This document shows positions 19,645 through 29,169 of a stretch of 64,000 nt of DNA, piece after piece; within the stretch, counting starts at the first letter, position 1, and each line of letters starts with the position of its first letter. Both the position numbers and the translations under genes were made by a program. Source of the stretch: Nannocystales bacterium (GTDB lineage Bacteria > Myxococcota_A > Polyangia > Nannocystales > Nannocystaceae); contig JBOEGF010000015.1 in NCBI GenBank assembly GCA_050633305.1, positions 189,487-253,486 of the forward strand. Reading direction: 5' to 3'. Under the pieces are notes generated by a model. The model did no database searches. It saw only the letters and a list, made by a program, of their open reading frames with translations, and was not told the origin of the DNA.

Positions 19645-21335
19645 GCTGCGTCGCGGTACTGGTCAGTGTTGGCGGCACCCGGAGTAGGGGCGCTTCTCTT
19701 GTTGCTGGTCAGCCAGCCGCGAAGGACGCGGGCGGCGATTTCGGGGTCTTCGGTCGCCATGGCGCAGGCGCGCTCGAGGTAGGTCGCGTCCTCTTCGAGG
19801 TCCTCGAGGCGAGGTTTGCGGACGAGGGCTCGCTGGTCGGCGCTGGCGTCTTCGGGAAGCTCGGACTCGAGTTCTTCGACGGTCTTGGGCAGTGTTGCCG
19901 CGTCCAGCTCTTCCTCTGCAGCGGCGGCAGCGGCGGCTGCCTTCTTCTTGCGGCGGCGCATGATCATGAAGACGATGAAGCCGACGAAGAGCAGGGCTCC
20001 ACCCGCGGCGGCGGCGAGCATCCACATGGGTGGCATCGCAGCGACCGGGGTCTCGGGTGCGACCTCGGCAGCCTCTTCGACCGGGGGCACGACGAAGGGC
20101 ACGGAGACGATTTCGATGCCGTCGCCTCGCTGATCGTCGAGCCCGGCCGCCTTGCGTGCGAGGGCCTCCAGACTCTTGAGCTGCTCGGGTGTGCGCGGGA
20201 CCGCATTGCCCTCGGCGTCGACGGGCTCGTTGAGAAGGATGGCCAGGTGCAACCGGCGAACACGTTGACGCGGCCCGACGGTGCGCTGGATGACCTGGTT
20301 GACCTCGAAGTTCTTGATCTCGTGAATGTTGTTGCCACCAGCGCCAGCCCCGGCCGCCCCACCACCGCCAGCGGTGCCGGGAAGGTTCGCGCGAGCGCCC
20401 GCTTCGCCGCCGACATTTCCGGCACCGTTGCCCCCGCCGACGTGCCGCTCGTGACTCTTGAGGGCGATCTTGTCCGGGGCCTGGTCGTAGGTTCGTTCGG
20501 TGCGCTCAATCTGCGCTCGGTCGACGTCGGCGGTGACGGTGACCTTGAGGTTCTCCGGACCGACGACAGGCTCGAGCATCTCCTCGACCCGCCGGGCGAG
20601 CGTGCGCTCCAGTTCCATGGCGGCTTCGGTGCCTTCCATGTCGCCGCCGGGGTTGCTCAACGCGTTGCCGTTGCCGTCGACGAGCGCGACGTTCTCGGGC
20701 GCGAGCCCGTCCACGCTGCTTGCGACCATGTTCGCGATGCCGCGCTTCTGGTGCGACGTCAGCTGAGCTCCCGCGCGAAGTGTGACGACTACGGACGCTG
20801 TGGGGGGGTCATCTTGTCGGGCGTAGAGCGAGCGCTTGCCCATCGCGATGTGCACGCGTGCTCGCTCTACGGTCGCCAGAGACGAGATGGTGCGGCCCAA
20901 CTCGCCCTCGACAGCCCGGCGGAAGTTGGTTTGCTCGACAAAGTTGGTCGCGCCGAACGACTGGCGGTCAAAGAGCTCGAAGCCCACGCCCGCGCCTCCG
21001 GTAGGTGCAGCGCCATCAGCAGCGAGCGTGATGCGAAGCTCGTCGACGCGATCCTTCGGGACTTCGATCGCCGTGCCCCCGGCCGTCAGCTCGTAGGGCA
21101 CGTTTTGGGCTTGCAGCTCCTCGACGAGCCGCCCTGCGTCCTCGGGAGACAGACGAGAGAAGAGGATCGCCCCGTCCATGGGCGTTTCCTTGGTGGTGAT
21201 CCACGACAGCCCGATCACCAGGGCGAGCAGCGAAGCGACAGCGATCGCCTTTTGGAGTGCGCCCAGCTTGTTCCATACCGCCAAGAATTGGGTGACGGGG
21301 GAGCTGCTGGGAGTGCTGTCTTCTTGCTCGGCCAT
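19641..21335 (-). CDS. fliF: MS-ring protein
   Basis: Two TM segments, GFELFD, RAVEGEL, ARVHI, PTASV. Confidence 0.95.
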   Translation of the reverse strand: MAEQEDSTPSSSPVTQFLAVWNKLGALQKAIAVASLLALVIGLSWITTKETPMDGAILFSRLSPEDAGRLVEELQAQNVPYELTAGGTAIEVPKDRVDELRITLAADGAAPTGGAGVGFELFDRQSFGATNFVEQTNFRRAVEGELGRTISSLATVERARVHIAMGKRSLYARQDDPPTASVVVTLRAGAQLTSHQKRGIANMVASSVDGLAPENVALVDGNGNALSNPGGDMEGTEAAMELERTLARRVEEMLEPVVGPENLKVTVTADVDRAQIERTERTYDQAPDKIALKSHERHVGGGNGAGNVGGEAGARANLPGTAGGGGAAGAGAGGNNIHEIKNFEVNQVIQRTVGPRQRVRRLHLAILLNEPVDAEGNAVPRTPEQLKSLEALARKAAGLDDQRGDGIEIVSVPFVVPPVEEAAEVAPETPVAAMPPMWMLAAAAGGALLFVGFIVFMIMRRRKKKAAAAAAAAEEELDAATLPKTVEELESELPEDASADQRALVRKPRLEDLEEDATYLERACAMATEDPEIAARVLRGWLTSNKRSAPTPGAANTDQYRDAA

Positions 21336-21361
21336 GAGTGATCAGGGGCGTGGTCTCGGCT

Positions 21362-21658
21362 CTACAGCGGGGTGTTCATCAGGTCGCGGTAGGCTTCGAC
21401 GGCCTTGTTCTTGAGCGTGACCGCGTAGCGCAGGGACACGTTGGCGCGCTCGGCTGCGATCATCATTTCGTGGATGCCCACCGTGGGGTCGCCCGCGGCG
21501 AAGCGCTCACCAAGGTCGTCCGCAGTCGCTTCTGCTTGGCGCGCGGAGTCGAGACTCTCGGTGAGGATGTTCGAGAAGTCCTCGTCGTCGGGGACAGCCT
21601 CGGTGTCGAACTTTGCTGCGGGGGGAAGCCCGCCGGGTCCTGAAACTGGATTGACCAT
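21362..21658 (-). CDS. fliE: Hook-basal body protein FliE
   Basis: HEMMIA...KNKAVEAYRDLM. Confidence 0.92.
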   Translation of the reverse strand: MVNPVSGPGGLPPAAKFDTEAVPDDEDFSNILTESLDSARQAEATADDLGERFAAGDPTVGIHEMMIAAERANVSLRYAVTLKNKAVEAYRDLMNTPL

Positions 21659-22095
21659 CAGCCGCCAATCTCCGTCGCGCGCTCTGCCATCGACACGGCG
21701 GTACCCAGTGCGGTTACGCCGGCCTCGTAGGCCCGGGAAGCGGTGATCATGTCGACCATCTCCTCGACGACGTTGACGTTGGGGAACGCGACGTAGCCGT
21801 TGATGTCCGAGTCCGGGTGCCCCGGGTCGTACTCGAGTCGGGGTGGGGACTGGTCCTCCTCGATCGCCGCGACGCGTACGCCCTTGGCAGTCCCTTCAAA
21901 CACGTTGTCGAACTGCAGCGCGGGCCCACGCATGACATCGACCGATTCCAGCGCGACCGACTTGCGCTTGTACGCGCCGCCATCGGCACCACGCGTCGTG
22001 TTGGCGTTGGCCATGTTGGACGAGGCCATGTTCATCCGCGTGCGCTCGGCTGCGAGCCCAGAGGCGGAGACTTCCATTGAAGTGAAGAAATCCAT
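21658..22095 (-). CDS. flgC: Proximal rod protein FlgC
   Basis: SASGL..ER.RM...NMANA, YDPGHPD, PNVNVVEEMVDM...RAYEA. Confidence 0.96.
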   Translation of the reverse strand: MDFFTSMEVSASGLAAERTRMNMASSNMANANTTRGADGGAYKRKSVALESVDVMRGPALQFDNVFEGTAKGVRVAAIEEDQSPPRLEYDPGHPDSDINGYVAFPNVNVVEEMVDMITASRAYEAGVTALGTAVSMAERATEIGG

Positions 22096-22112
22096 GGTGT
22101 GAACCCTTTCGG

Positions 22113-22508
22113 TCAGCCGACGCCGTCGGTTGCTGCGTAACGCAGTGCAGCCATGCGTTTGGAGATGATTCGGGAAGTGGCGGTGTAGCGGACTCGGTTC
22201 GCGTCGACCTTGGCGAGCTCACGGTCAACGCTCACTGTGTTGCCGTCGAGCCCAGCTTCCGCGCCGTTGTCGTCGTAGAAGGTTTCAGCGTCTCCAGCAT
22301 CGACCGTTCCGAGCTCGTCTTGGTGTAGCTCGCTGGTGCGGTCGAGCGAGAGTTCCAAGTTGGCGACGGGGTTTCGCTCGAGCTCCAGTGGGCGATACCC
22401 AGGGGTGTCGGCGTTGGCGACGTTGCCCGCCAGGACAGCGTGTCGGCGGCGGTGGAAGGTGAGGCCGCCGGCCATGGCATCAGTCGATTTGTTGAGCCCG
22501 TTGATCAT
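22113..22508 (-). CDS. flgB: Proximal rod protein FlgB
   Basis: NVANADTPGY, DGNTV. Confidence 0.93.
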   Translation of the reverse strand: MINGLNKSTDAMAGGLTFHRRRHAVLAGNVANADTPGYRPLELERNPVANLELSLDRTSELHQDELGTVDAGDAETFYDDNGAEAGLDGNTVSVDRELAKVDANRVRYTATSRIISKRMAALRYAATDGVG

Positions 22509-22545
22509 TGAGGAACCTGCTTGGTGCGGATCAGAGTTCAGTCAG

Positions 22546-22561
22546 TGCACGATGCGTGCCG
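22546..22561 (-). promoter_or_regulatory. Sigma54 promoter of the flgB operon
   Basis: CGGCACGcatcGTGCA (GG-N10-GC), about 40 nt upstream of flgB. Confidence 0.75.
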
Positions 22562-22620
22562 GAGTCAAAGCTTGGATCCTGAGGCGCACTTGGGAGATCG
22601 AGTGTCAACGTGGTCTGTGG

Positions 22621-22640
22621 TGTCGTCGGTTTTGACGACA
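22621..22640. promoter_or_regulatory. Candidate enhancer (UAS) palindrome for the flgB promoter
   Basis: TGTCGTC-GGTTTT-GACGACA; core CGTC-N6-GACG centred about 70 bp upstream of the -24 GG. Confidence 0.6.
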
Positions 22641-22643
22641 GCT

Positions 22644-23636
22644 TCACCCGAGCTTGCGGAGTTTCTCGACGAGCGTCGTTCGGTTGAGCCCGAGCAGTGA
22701 AGCGGCTTCGGTTCGGTTGCCGCCGGCTTTCTCCAGCGCGCGCGCGATGACCTGGCCCTCGACCTTCTTGATGGCCGTGCGCAGGTCGAGCTCTTCGACA
22801 GCATTGCTGCTCGCCACCTTCTGTTGTCCGCCTCGCGCGGACTCGAGCCCCAGTGCAGTCGCCTCGAGCATGGCCGAACTCGACAAGACGACAGCCCGCT
22901 CGATCGCGTTGCTCAGCTCGCGAACGTTGCCGGGCCAGCTGTGCGACGCCAGGATGGCTGCCGTCTGCGGAGTGAGGCCTTGGACGTTGCGCCCGGCTCG
23001 CTCGTTGAAAAGCTTGATGAAGTGCTCCGCCAGCGGCACGACATCCTCGGGCCGTTCCCGCAGTGGGGCGGCATGAACCCGGATGACGTTGAGGCGGTAG
23101 TAGAGGTCGAGGCGAAACTCGCCCGCGTCGACCATCGCTCGTAGATCGCGATGTGTCGCCGCGACCACTCGGACATCACACGGCACGGGTGTGTCGGAGC
23201 CCACCGGAGTGACCTCGCGTTCTTGGAGGGTACGCAGGAGCTTGGATTGCGCCGTCAGGGGTAGGTCGCCGACCTCATCGAGGAACAGCGTCCCTCCCTG
23301 GGCCGCAAGCACGCGGCCAGCGCGGGTGTTGTTGGCGCCCGTGTATGCACCCTTCGCGTGGCCGAAGAGCTCGGACTCGACCAGCGTCTCGGGGAGCGCA
23401 GCGCAGTTGACCGCGACGAAGGGCCGGGCCGCACGAGGCGAGCCTTGATGGACGGCCCGGGCAAGCAGCTCCTTGCCGGACCCCGACTCACCCGTGATCA
23501 GGACCGTCGAGTTCGTGTCCGCACACCGCTCGATGAGCTGGAGCGAGAACTCCAGCGCAGGACTGCAGCCCACGACCTCCGGAGCAAAGCGGTTGCGCCA
23601 GGGCGTGTCGGTCGAGGGGACGGGATGCGGCTTCAT
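22644..23636 (-). CDS. Sigma54-dependent enhancer-binding protein (FleQ/FlrA-like role) lacking an N-terminal regulatory domain
   Basis: [41 protein letters not shown], Fis-type HTH (LGLNRTTL). Confidence 0.9.
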   Translation of the reverse strand: MKPHPVPSTDTPWRNRFAPEVVGCSPALEFSLQLIERCADTNSTVLITGESGSGKELLARAVHQGSPRAARPFVAVNCAALPETLVESELFGHAKGAYTGANNTRAGRVLAAQGGTLFLDEVGDLPLTAQSKLLRTLQEREVTPVGSDTPVPCDVRVVAATHRDLRAMVDAGEFRLDLYYRLNVIRVHAAPLRERPEDVVPLAEHFIKLFNERAGRNVQGLTPQTAAILASHSWPGNVRELSNAIERAVVLSSSAMLEATALGLESARGGQQKVASSNAVEELDLRTAIKKVEGQVIARALEKAGGNRTEAASLLGLNRTTLVEKLRKLG

Positions 23637-23758
23637 CGCATCCCGATCAGTAGGGCGATGCTCACGGCCGGGCAATGGCCGCAAACAGATAGGGACACGA
23701 GCGCGCTCGCCCCGGCCGCGGTTCGGCACGGGGGGCGTCGGGACTCTGACGAAAGCGT

Positions 23759-24247
23759 CTACTGAATGACGAATTCCGTCAAATACAGCCCTGCGAGCGT
23801 GTTTGCGCCGGTCTGCTTCTCAACCCGGGCGATGATCTCGTCGCGGATCTTCAGCTTCTTCTCTTCGCCGGTGGTGTCCTCGACGGTGAGTCCGGAGAGG
23901 TAGCGCAGAAGGTCCGCTCGAATCGCGCGCTTCTTCTGCTCGACCAGAGCGACGCGTTCTTCTCCGTGGACCTCGACTTCGATCGTCGCCTTGAGGTAGC
24001 GGCTGGATTTCGGCTCGTTCAAGTTGACGACGAACGGGGCCAGAGGAACTGGTGTCGGCGGAATGGACGGGTCGATCGCCTCTTTTTCCACGGGAGCAGG
24101 GCCAGCGTTGGAGAACACCAGGAACCCGACCGCGCCAGTGGCGAGGATGTTGACGAGCGCGAGCAGCATCGGGAGCTTGGAAGGACTCGGGGGGCCCTCC
24201 TCTTCGCCGTCGGCGTCCTTCTTGTCCTTGTCTTTGTCCTTGCTCAT
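23759..24247 (-). CDS. fliL: Flagellar basal-body associated FliL
   Basis: Single TM, PFVVNL...RYLK, C-terminal TEFVIQ. Confidence 0.9.
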   Translation of the reverse strand: MSKDKDKDKKDADGEEEGPPSPSKLPMLLALVNILATGAVGFLVFSNAGPAPVEKEAIDPSIPPTPVPLAPFVVNLNEPKSSRYLKATIEVEVHGEERVALVEQKKRAIRADLLRYLSGLTVEDTTGEEKKLKIRDEIIARVEKQTGANTLAGLYLTEFVIQ

Positions 24248-24996
24248 GGGGTGTTCCGCTTCGAGGAGACGACCACGTCAATGCGCCGGTTGAGGGCACG
24301 GCCTTGGGTGGTTCGGTTGGTGGCGACGGGGCGGTATTGGCCGTAGCCCGCCGCGGACAGTCGTACTGGGTCGACACCATGGAGTTCGACCAGTTGCTCG
24401 AGAACTTCAGTGGCGCGGGCCGTAGAAAGCTCCCAGTTCGAATGAAAGGCCCGACTTCGGACGGGGGTGTTGTCGGTGTGTCCCTCGATGGTCACGCGAC
24501 CTTCGAGTCGTCCAAGCGCCGCGCCGAGCTTGGCGACGGCCTCCTTCGCGGACTCGAGGACCTGGTCCTTGCCGGGTTCAAACAGCACCGACGAACCCAG
24601 GCTGAGGCGAACGCCCTGAGAGTCCGGATTCACGCGAATTCGGCCTTCAAGGGCCGGATCGCGCACGAGTCCACGGACAACCTCATCGAGCAGGAGCTCC
24701 GCGGGTGTGGCCACGATACGAGGCGCAGGCTGGGGCATCGGGGGGCCGGAGAACGCGATGGGGACATCGCAGACGGGCGGCTCCACAACAGGGGCGGGAG
24801 GGGGCGGCTCGACCGGTGGCGGGGGCTCCTCGTGGACCTCGGGCACGCTGGGGGCGGCGTTCGCCTCGCGCTGTAGCTCCAAGGAGTACAGCCCGGCAAA
24901 GAACGCCAGCAGCAGCGTGACGAAGTCCGAGTAGGACACGGTCCAGCGCTGTGCCCCGCCGTCGAGCGGCGAGCGGCGGGAGGTTCGGCGAATCAT
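24244..24996 (-). CDS. motB: Second stator B subunit (MotB/MotD-like)
   Basis: RWTVSYSDFVTLLLAFF, Pro-rich linker, GHTD, NWELS, NRRID. Confidence 0.88.
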   Translation of the reverse strand: MIRRTSRRSPLDGGAQRWTVSYSDFVTLLLAFFAGLYSLELQREANAAPSVPEVHEEPPPPVEPPPPAPVVEPPVCDVPIAFSGPPMPQPAPRIVATPAELLLDEVVRGLVRDPALEGRIRVNPDSQGVRLSLGSSVLFEPGKDQVLESAKEAVAKLGAALGRLEGRVTIEGHTDNTPVRSRAFHSNWELSTARATEVLEQLVELHGVDPVRLSAAGYGQYRPVATNRTTQGRALNRRIDVVVSSKRNTP

Positions 24997-25766
24997 GAGA
25001 CCGCTCGATTTCGCTGGCCTTGGGTTCGCGCGAACGAGGCGAGTTTTCGCTCGACCAGCTTGGGCTCATCTCGGCTGGCGAGCGCGCACGCTCCCTCGAT
25101 CACGAGCTCCATGTCGTCCAGCTGTCCTTGGACACGAGTCTCCATTCGGCCTGCCAGAGGCAGCAGCACAAAGTTCGCCAGGCCCAGGCCGTAGATCGTC
25201 GCGACGAACGCGAGCGCGATACCGCTGCCGAGCTGGTCGGGGTTGCTGACCATACTCATGATGCGTACCAGGCCGAACACGGCACCGAGCACGCCCATCG
25301 TCGGGGCGAAGCCCCCGCCTGCTTGGAGCACCTCCACCGCCATCGCCGCACGTCGGTCGATCCGGGCGGCGCTCAGCTCGAGTGTGGTTCTGATGTCCTC
25401 GGCGCTCGAACCCCGTCCGACCATCTCCACCGCCGTATGCAACAGGCTCGATTCCGTGGCGACGTCGGCTGCCACGCCCAGAACCGCTTGGGTTCCTCGG
25501 CGGTGGACGGCGCCCGCCATGGCGACGAACAACCGAATCGTCTCTTCACGAGACAGGCGGTGAGATGCGACGTCTCCGCTGCGAAGGTCGAAGAAGACGT
25601 TACGGAGGGCCTCCCAACGGTACTGAACCGCGAGGGCGGCCATGGTGCCTCCCACGACGATGAGCGCCGCGGAGGGCTGCACCAACAAACCCAGCTCGCC
25701 ACCATCGAGGAGGTGCGTGCCGACCAGTGCCAGCAGGGCGAGAAGGAATCCAACGACGACCGTCAC
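24993..25766 (-). CDS. motA: Second stator A subunit (MotA/MotC-like)
   Basis: GTG start with GAAGGAG RBS; IVVGGT, APTMGVLGAV, GIALAFVATIYG. Confidence 0.88.
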   Translation of the reverse strand: MTVVVGFLLALLALVGTHLLDGGELGLLVQPSAALIVVGGTMAALAVQYRWEALRNVFFDLRSGDVASHRLSREETIRLFVAMAGAVHRRGTQAVLGVAADVATESSLLHTAVEMVGRGSSAEDIRTTLELSAARIDRRAAMAVEVLQAGGGFAPTMGVLGAVFGLVRIMSMVSNPDQLGSGIALAFVATIYGLGLANFVLLPLAGRMETRVQGQLDDMELVIEGACALASRDEPKLVERKLASFARTQGQRNRAVS

Positions 25767-25840
25767 CGCTCCTTCATGGAGCCGCCATCCCCCCGAAACC
25801 AGGGCAGAGCGCGGGGTTGAGGAGGCCGAATCTCGGCCGC

Positions 25841-25854
25841 CGCCTGTTTTGACG
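25841..25854. promoter_or_regulatory. Candidate enhancer (UAS) for the fliM promoter
   Basis: CGCCTGTTTTGACG, 12/14 identical to the flgB element, centred about 71 bp upstream of the -24 GG. Confidence 0.55.
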
Positions 25855-25917
25855 AGCGGTCGTTGGATCGCCTGACGGTGCCTGTGGGAAAGCCCGCGAA
25901 TGCGCGTCGATAGACCT

Positions 25918-25933
25918 TGGCCCGGTGGTTGCA
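25918..25933 (+). promoter_or_regulatory. Sigma54 promoter of the fliM operon
   Basis: TGGCCCGgtggTTGCA, near-consensus -24/-12. Confidence 0.8.
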
Positions 25934-25946
25934 CAGAACACCACCC

Positions 25947-26867
25947 GTGGACGAGACCCTCACTGGAGACGAGCGCGAAGCCCTACGGGAGTCGATCGTC
26001 AGCAGCGTCAACGAGCCCGCCAAGAAGGGCAAGGCTCCAAAAGCTCGCCCCGTCGCCCTCATCGCAGAGGACCAGGCCGCCGAACGCGTGATGCCCACCG
26101 CGCGGCGCGTGACCGATCGCTGGGCCACCCATGTCGGACGCATCATGCCGCCGCTGACCGGCGTGAAGGTCCGCGTCAAACCGCTCGAGCACATCGAGAC
26201 CAACAACGGCGAGATTCTCGAGGAGCTCCGACAAGCGTGGGTGTGCGAGATGAAGCCAAAGGTCGGAGAGGCACCCATCGCCGTCGCAGTGTCGGGTCGC
26301 ATGATCCCCGACTTGGCCTCCACGATGCTGGGAGGAACCTTCAAGCTCTCCGAGGAGAGCGTGCCGACCCCGGCAACGATCCGGGTGTTCGAGTCGCTTG
26401 GTGAGCGGCTCGCCGAGTCCGCGGCGTTTGCCTTTGAGCACGAGTGCGGCGGTGTTCTCAAGCGTGGCTCGCACCAGCTGGGCGCCGACACCTGGTCACC
26501 TCTGGTCGACGGAGAGCCCATGCTGATGGTCTCGGTCGAGATCACCGGAGAGACCGAGGGCAAGCTCCACCTCGTCACGTCGCCGGACGCCTTGCATCGG
26601 GTGCGAACAGACGTTCGCGAGATGAAGACGGTGCGCTCGGGCGTCCGGGACCTGCTTGGCAAGCTCGAGACCGATCTGTCGGTCCAGCTCGGCACCACCA
26701 AGACCACGGCGCGCAAGTTTGCGGAGTTCGGCCCGGGCTCTGTTCTGACGTTGGACGCCCTCGTGGGCGACAGCGTTCGCATCTACGTCGGCGGACAGCT
26801 CCGCGCGACGGGCCGAGCGGTGTTGATGGGCGAGATGGTCGCAGTCGAAGTTGAGAGCGTCGTTTGA
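25947..26867 (+). CDS. fliM: Divergent C-ring switch protein FliM
   Basis: Upstream of fliN; C-terminal SpoA-like domain; N-terminal LTGDEREAL resembles LSQxEIDAL. Start moved downstream of the sigma54 box. Confidence 0.7.
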   Translation: MDETLTGDEREALRESIVSSVNEPAKKGKAPKARPVALIAEDQAAERVMPTARRVTDRWATHVGRIMPPLTGVKVRVKPLEHIETNNGEILEELRQAWVCEMKPKVGEAPIAVAVSGRMIPDLASTMLGGTFKLSEESVPTPATIRVFESLGERLAESAAFAFEHECGGVLKRGSHQLGADTWSPLVDGEPMLMVSVEITGETEGKLHLVTSPDALHRVRTDVREMKTVRSGVRDLLGKLETDLSVQLGTTKTTARKFAEFGPGSVLTLDALVGDSVRIYVGGQLRATGRAVLMGEMVAVEVESVV

Positions 26868-26883
26868 TGGAGAGGAAAGAACA

Positions 26884-27243
26884 ATGAGTGCAGCAGAAGC
26901 AGTGGTTCAAGAGGACGAATCGGGGATGGTCGACGGCGCAGAAGGGACCCCCACCGCAGCCGCCAACGATGTCGTTGCCGCCAACGGCGAGCCGCACTCC
27001 TTCGAAAAACTCCTGGCGGATGTGCCCTTCCAGGTCACCGTCGAGCTGGGGCGTGTTCGACTCTCGCTCCGGGAGATCGGCCAACACTTGACGCCAGGCG
27101 CCGTCATTCCGCTCTCGAAGGTGACCGGCGAGAGCCTCGACATTCGAATCAACGACCGACTCGTCGCCCGCGGCGAAGCAGTGGCCATCGGAGAGCGCTA
27201 CGGCGTCCGCATGGTCGAAATCCTCGATGGAGTAGACCAATGA
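26884..27243 (+). CDS. fliN: C-ring switch protein FliN
   Basis: LADVPFQVTVELGR, ARGEAV, YGVRM. Confidence 0.92.
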   Translation: MSAAEAVVQEDESGMVDGAEGTPTAAANDVVAANGEPHSFEKLLADVPFQVTVELGRVRLSLREIGQHLTPGAVIPLSKVTGESLDIRINDRLVARGEAVAIGERYGVRMVEILDGVDQ

Positions 27244-28430
27244 TCGACTGGAAACGCGTTTGTTTGTGGGGAGCTCTTCTGGGTGCGGCCGCACCTGCCA
27301 CCACCCAGGCCGCCGAGGCACCGACGGATGCCCGTTCCTCCGCGCCTCTGGCCACCGTCACGACCGACGACAGCGTCGAGATCCGAGTCCAGGGGCTCAT
27401 GCCGGATGGGGATGAGGTGGAGTGGAAGTGGGGCAAGCTGGTCGTACCGGTCGAGTCCAAGCCTGCTGCTGCGTTCGCCGAGTCGTACACCGATGCGACG
27501 GTGAAACGCGTGGCGTTGGTCGGTGGAGAGAAGCCGCGGCTGATCGTCATGTTCCGGCACGGCTCCCGCACCGCGAAGAAGCTGACCGAAGCGAGCACGA
27601 TCACCCACACTGGGGACGGGTTCCGAGTCGTCATTCCGCGTCGACACGTTCTCGCTCCCCCCGCGCCCGAGCCTGCTGCAGTTCCCACCCCCGTCGCGGA
27701 GCCCACTGTAGCCAAGGCACCCGCCGTGGCGGCACCCACCGCCGAGCCGGTGCCCGCCGCACCCGAGGCGGCCGAGAAGGCCCCCATCGCGGCCGCAGCT
27801 GTCGAGGTCGTCGAGGCAGCACCCGAAGCTGAACCGCTCAACTTGCCCGAGCCTGGCTCCGACGTTGGGTCGTCTTCCATCGGCCCGAGCAACAAGAGCA
27901 TGTACGGAACGCTTGGGTTCACGTTTGTGCTGTTGGCGATCGGCGGCGTGTTCGTCTACTGGAAGCGCCGCAACGGCACGACTCCGGGGGCTCCACGCGG
28001 ATTCACGGTGATGGGCAACCAGGTCCTCGGTCCCAAGTCGCGCATTGTGCTGATGGGCCTTGGCAACCGCCGCATGTTGCTCGCCGTCAGCGAAGCCGGG
28101 ACCACAGTCGTGGACAAGTGGAGCGAAGACAGCGACTACGTGCCATCGACATCGGTCCACGCCGAGGGCGGGCTCGACGAATCCTCTCTTGCCGCGATCG
28201 AGTTCGGCATGCCAGTCGACCCTCCCACGCCTCGCAGGAAGGCCAAGCGCGACACGCTGCGGGCCTACGAACCCCCCGCACCAGACATCGCCGAAGACGA
28301 AAATGCTGAGAGCACCGCGGTCAACGGTCTGCGCAAGCTGCGGGAACAGATCGAGAGCGGTCAAGAAGAGGCCGACGAAGACGACGCGTGGTCGCAGGCG
28401 TTGGCCAACGGAATCCGACGGAGCGCCTGA
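27240..28430 (+). CDS. fliO: Long FliO with N-terminal periplasmic domain
   Basis: Between fliN and fliP; signal peptide, Pro/Ala linker, TM, LGPKSRIVL...MLLAVS. Confidence 0.7.
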   Translation: MIDWKRVCLWGALLGAAAPATTQAAEAPTDARSSAPLATVTTDDSVEIRVQGLMPDGDEVEWKWGKLVVPVESKPAAAFAESYTDATVKRVALVGGEKPRLIVMFRHGSRTAKKLTEASTITHTGDGFRVVIPRRHVLAPPAPEPAAVPTPVAEPTVAKAPAVAAPTAEPVPAAPEAAEKAPIAAAAVEVVEAAPEAEPLNLPEPGSDVGSSSIGPSNKSMYGTLGFTFVLLAIGGVFVYWKRRNGTTPGAPRGFTVMGNQVLGPKSRIVLMGLGNRRMLLAVSEAGTTVVDKWSEDSDYVPSTSVHAEGGLDESSLAAIEFGMPVDPPTPRRKAKRDTLRAYEPPAPDIAEDENAESTAVNGLRKLREQIESGQEEADEDDAWSQALANGIRRSA

Positions 28431-28434
28431 TCCG

Positions 28435-29169
28435 ATGTTGTCGCGCCTCACCACCACGCTGGGGGTCTCCCTCGCGAGTCTGAGCTACTCCGCGAGCGCG
28501 TGGGCGGCCGAACCCCAGAGCGTCACGCTCAGCACCGAGCCGTCGCCCAGCATGATCCCGCTGGTCGTCATCTTCGGGCTGATGTCGCTGCTCCCGGCGC
28601 TGGTCCTGACGACAACATGCTTCACCCGGTTCGTGATCGTGTTCTCGTTCTTGAAGACCGGGCTGGGCACCCAGGGCGCACCGCCCAACCAGGTGTTGGT
28701 GGGCTTGGCCTTGTTCATGACCGCGTTCGTGATGGCCCCGGTGGCCACCGAGATGTACGAGCAGGCGGGCGACCCCTACATGCAGGGCGCGCTCGATGAG
28801 TCCGAAGCGTATGCCGCCGCAGAGCCGGTGGCGCGCAAGTGGCTGCTGCCTCGTACCCGCCCCGAAGATCTGGCCCTTTTCTACGACTACACCAACGACC
28901 CCCGGCCAGAGACCGCGGACGACGTACCGCTGCGCATCGCTGTCCCGGCATACATCCTCTCTGAACTTCGCACCGCGTTTCAGATGGGTCTGTTGGTCCT
29001 GCTTCCGTTTCTCGTGATCGACCTCGTCGCTGCGACGGTGCTGTCGAGTTTGGGCATGGTCATGTTGCCTCCCACCCTCGTCTCTTTGCCGATCAAGCTG
29101 CTGGTGTTCGTGATGGCGGACGGATGGAACGTCTTGGTGATGTCGCTGTTGCGCGGGGTGGCGATATGA
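28435..29169 (+). CDS. fliP: Export gate FliP
   Basis: TCFTRFVIV, PPNQVL, SELRTAFQMG, LPIKLLVFVMADGW. Confidence 0.95.
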   Translation: MLSRLTTTLGVSLASLSYSASAWAAEPQSVTLSTEPSPSMIPLVVIFGLMSLLPALVLTTTCFTRFVIVFSFLKTGLGTQGAPPNQVLVGLALFMTAFVMAPVATEMYEQAGDPYMQGALDESEAYAAAEPVARKWLLPRTRPEDLALFYDYTNDPRPETADDVPLRIAVPAYILSELRTAFQMGLLVLLPFLVIDLVAATVLSSLGMVMLPPTLVSLPIKLLVFVMADGWNVLVMSLLRGVAI

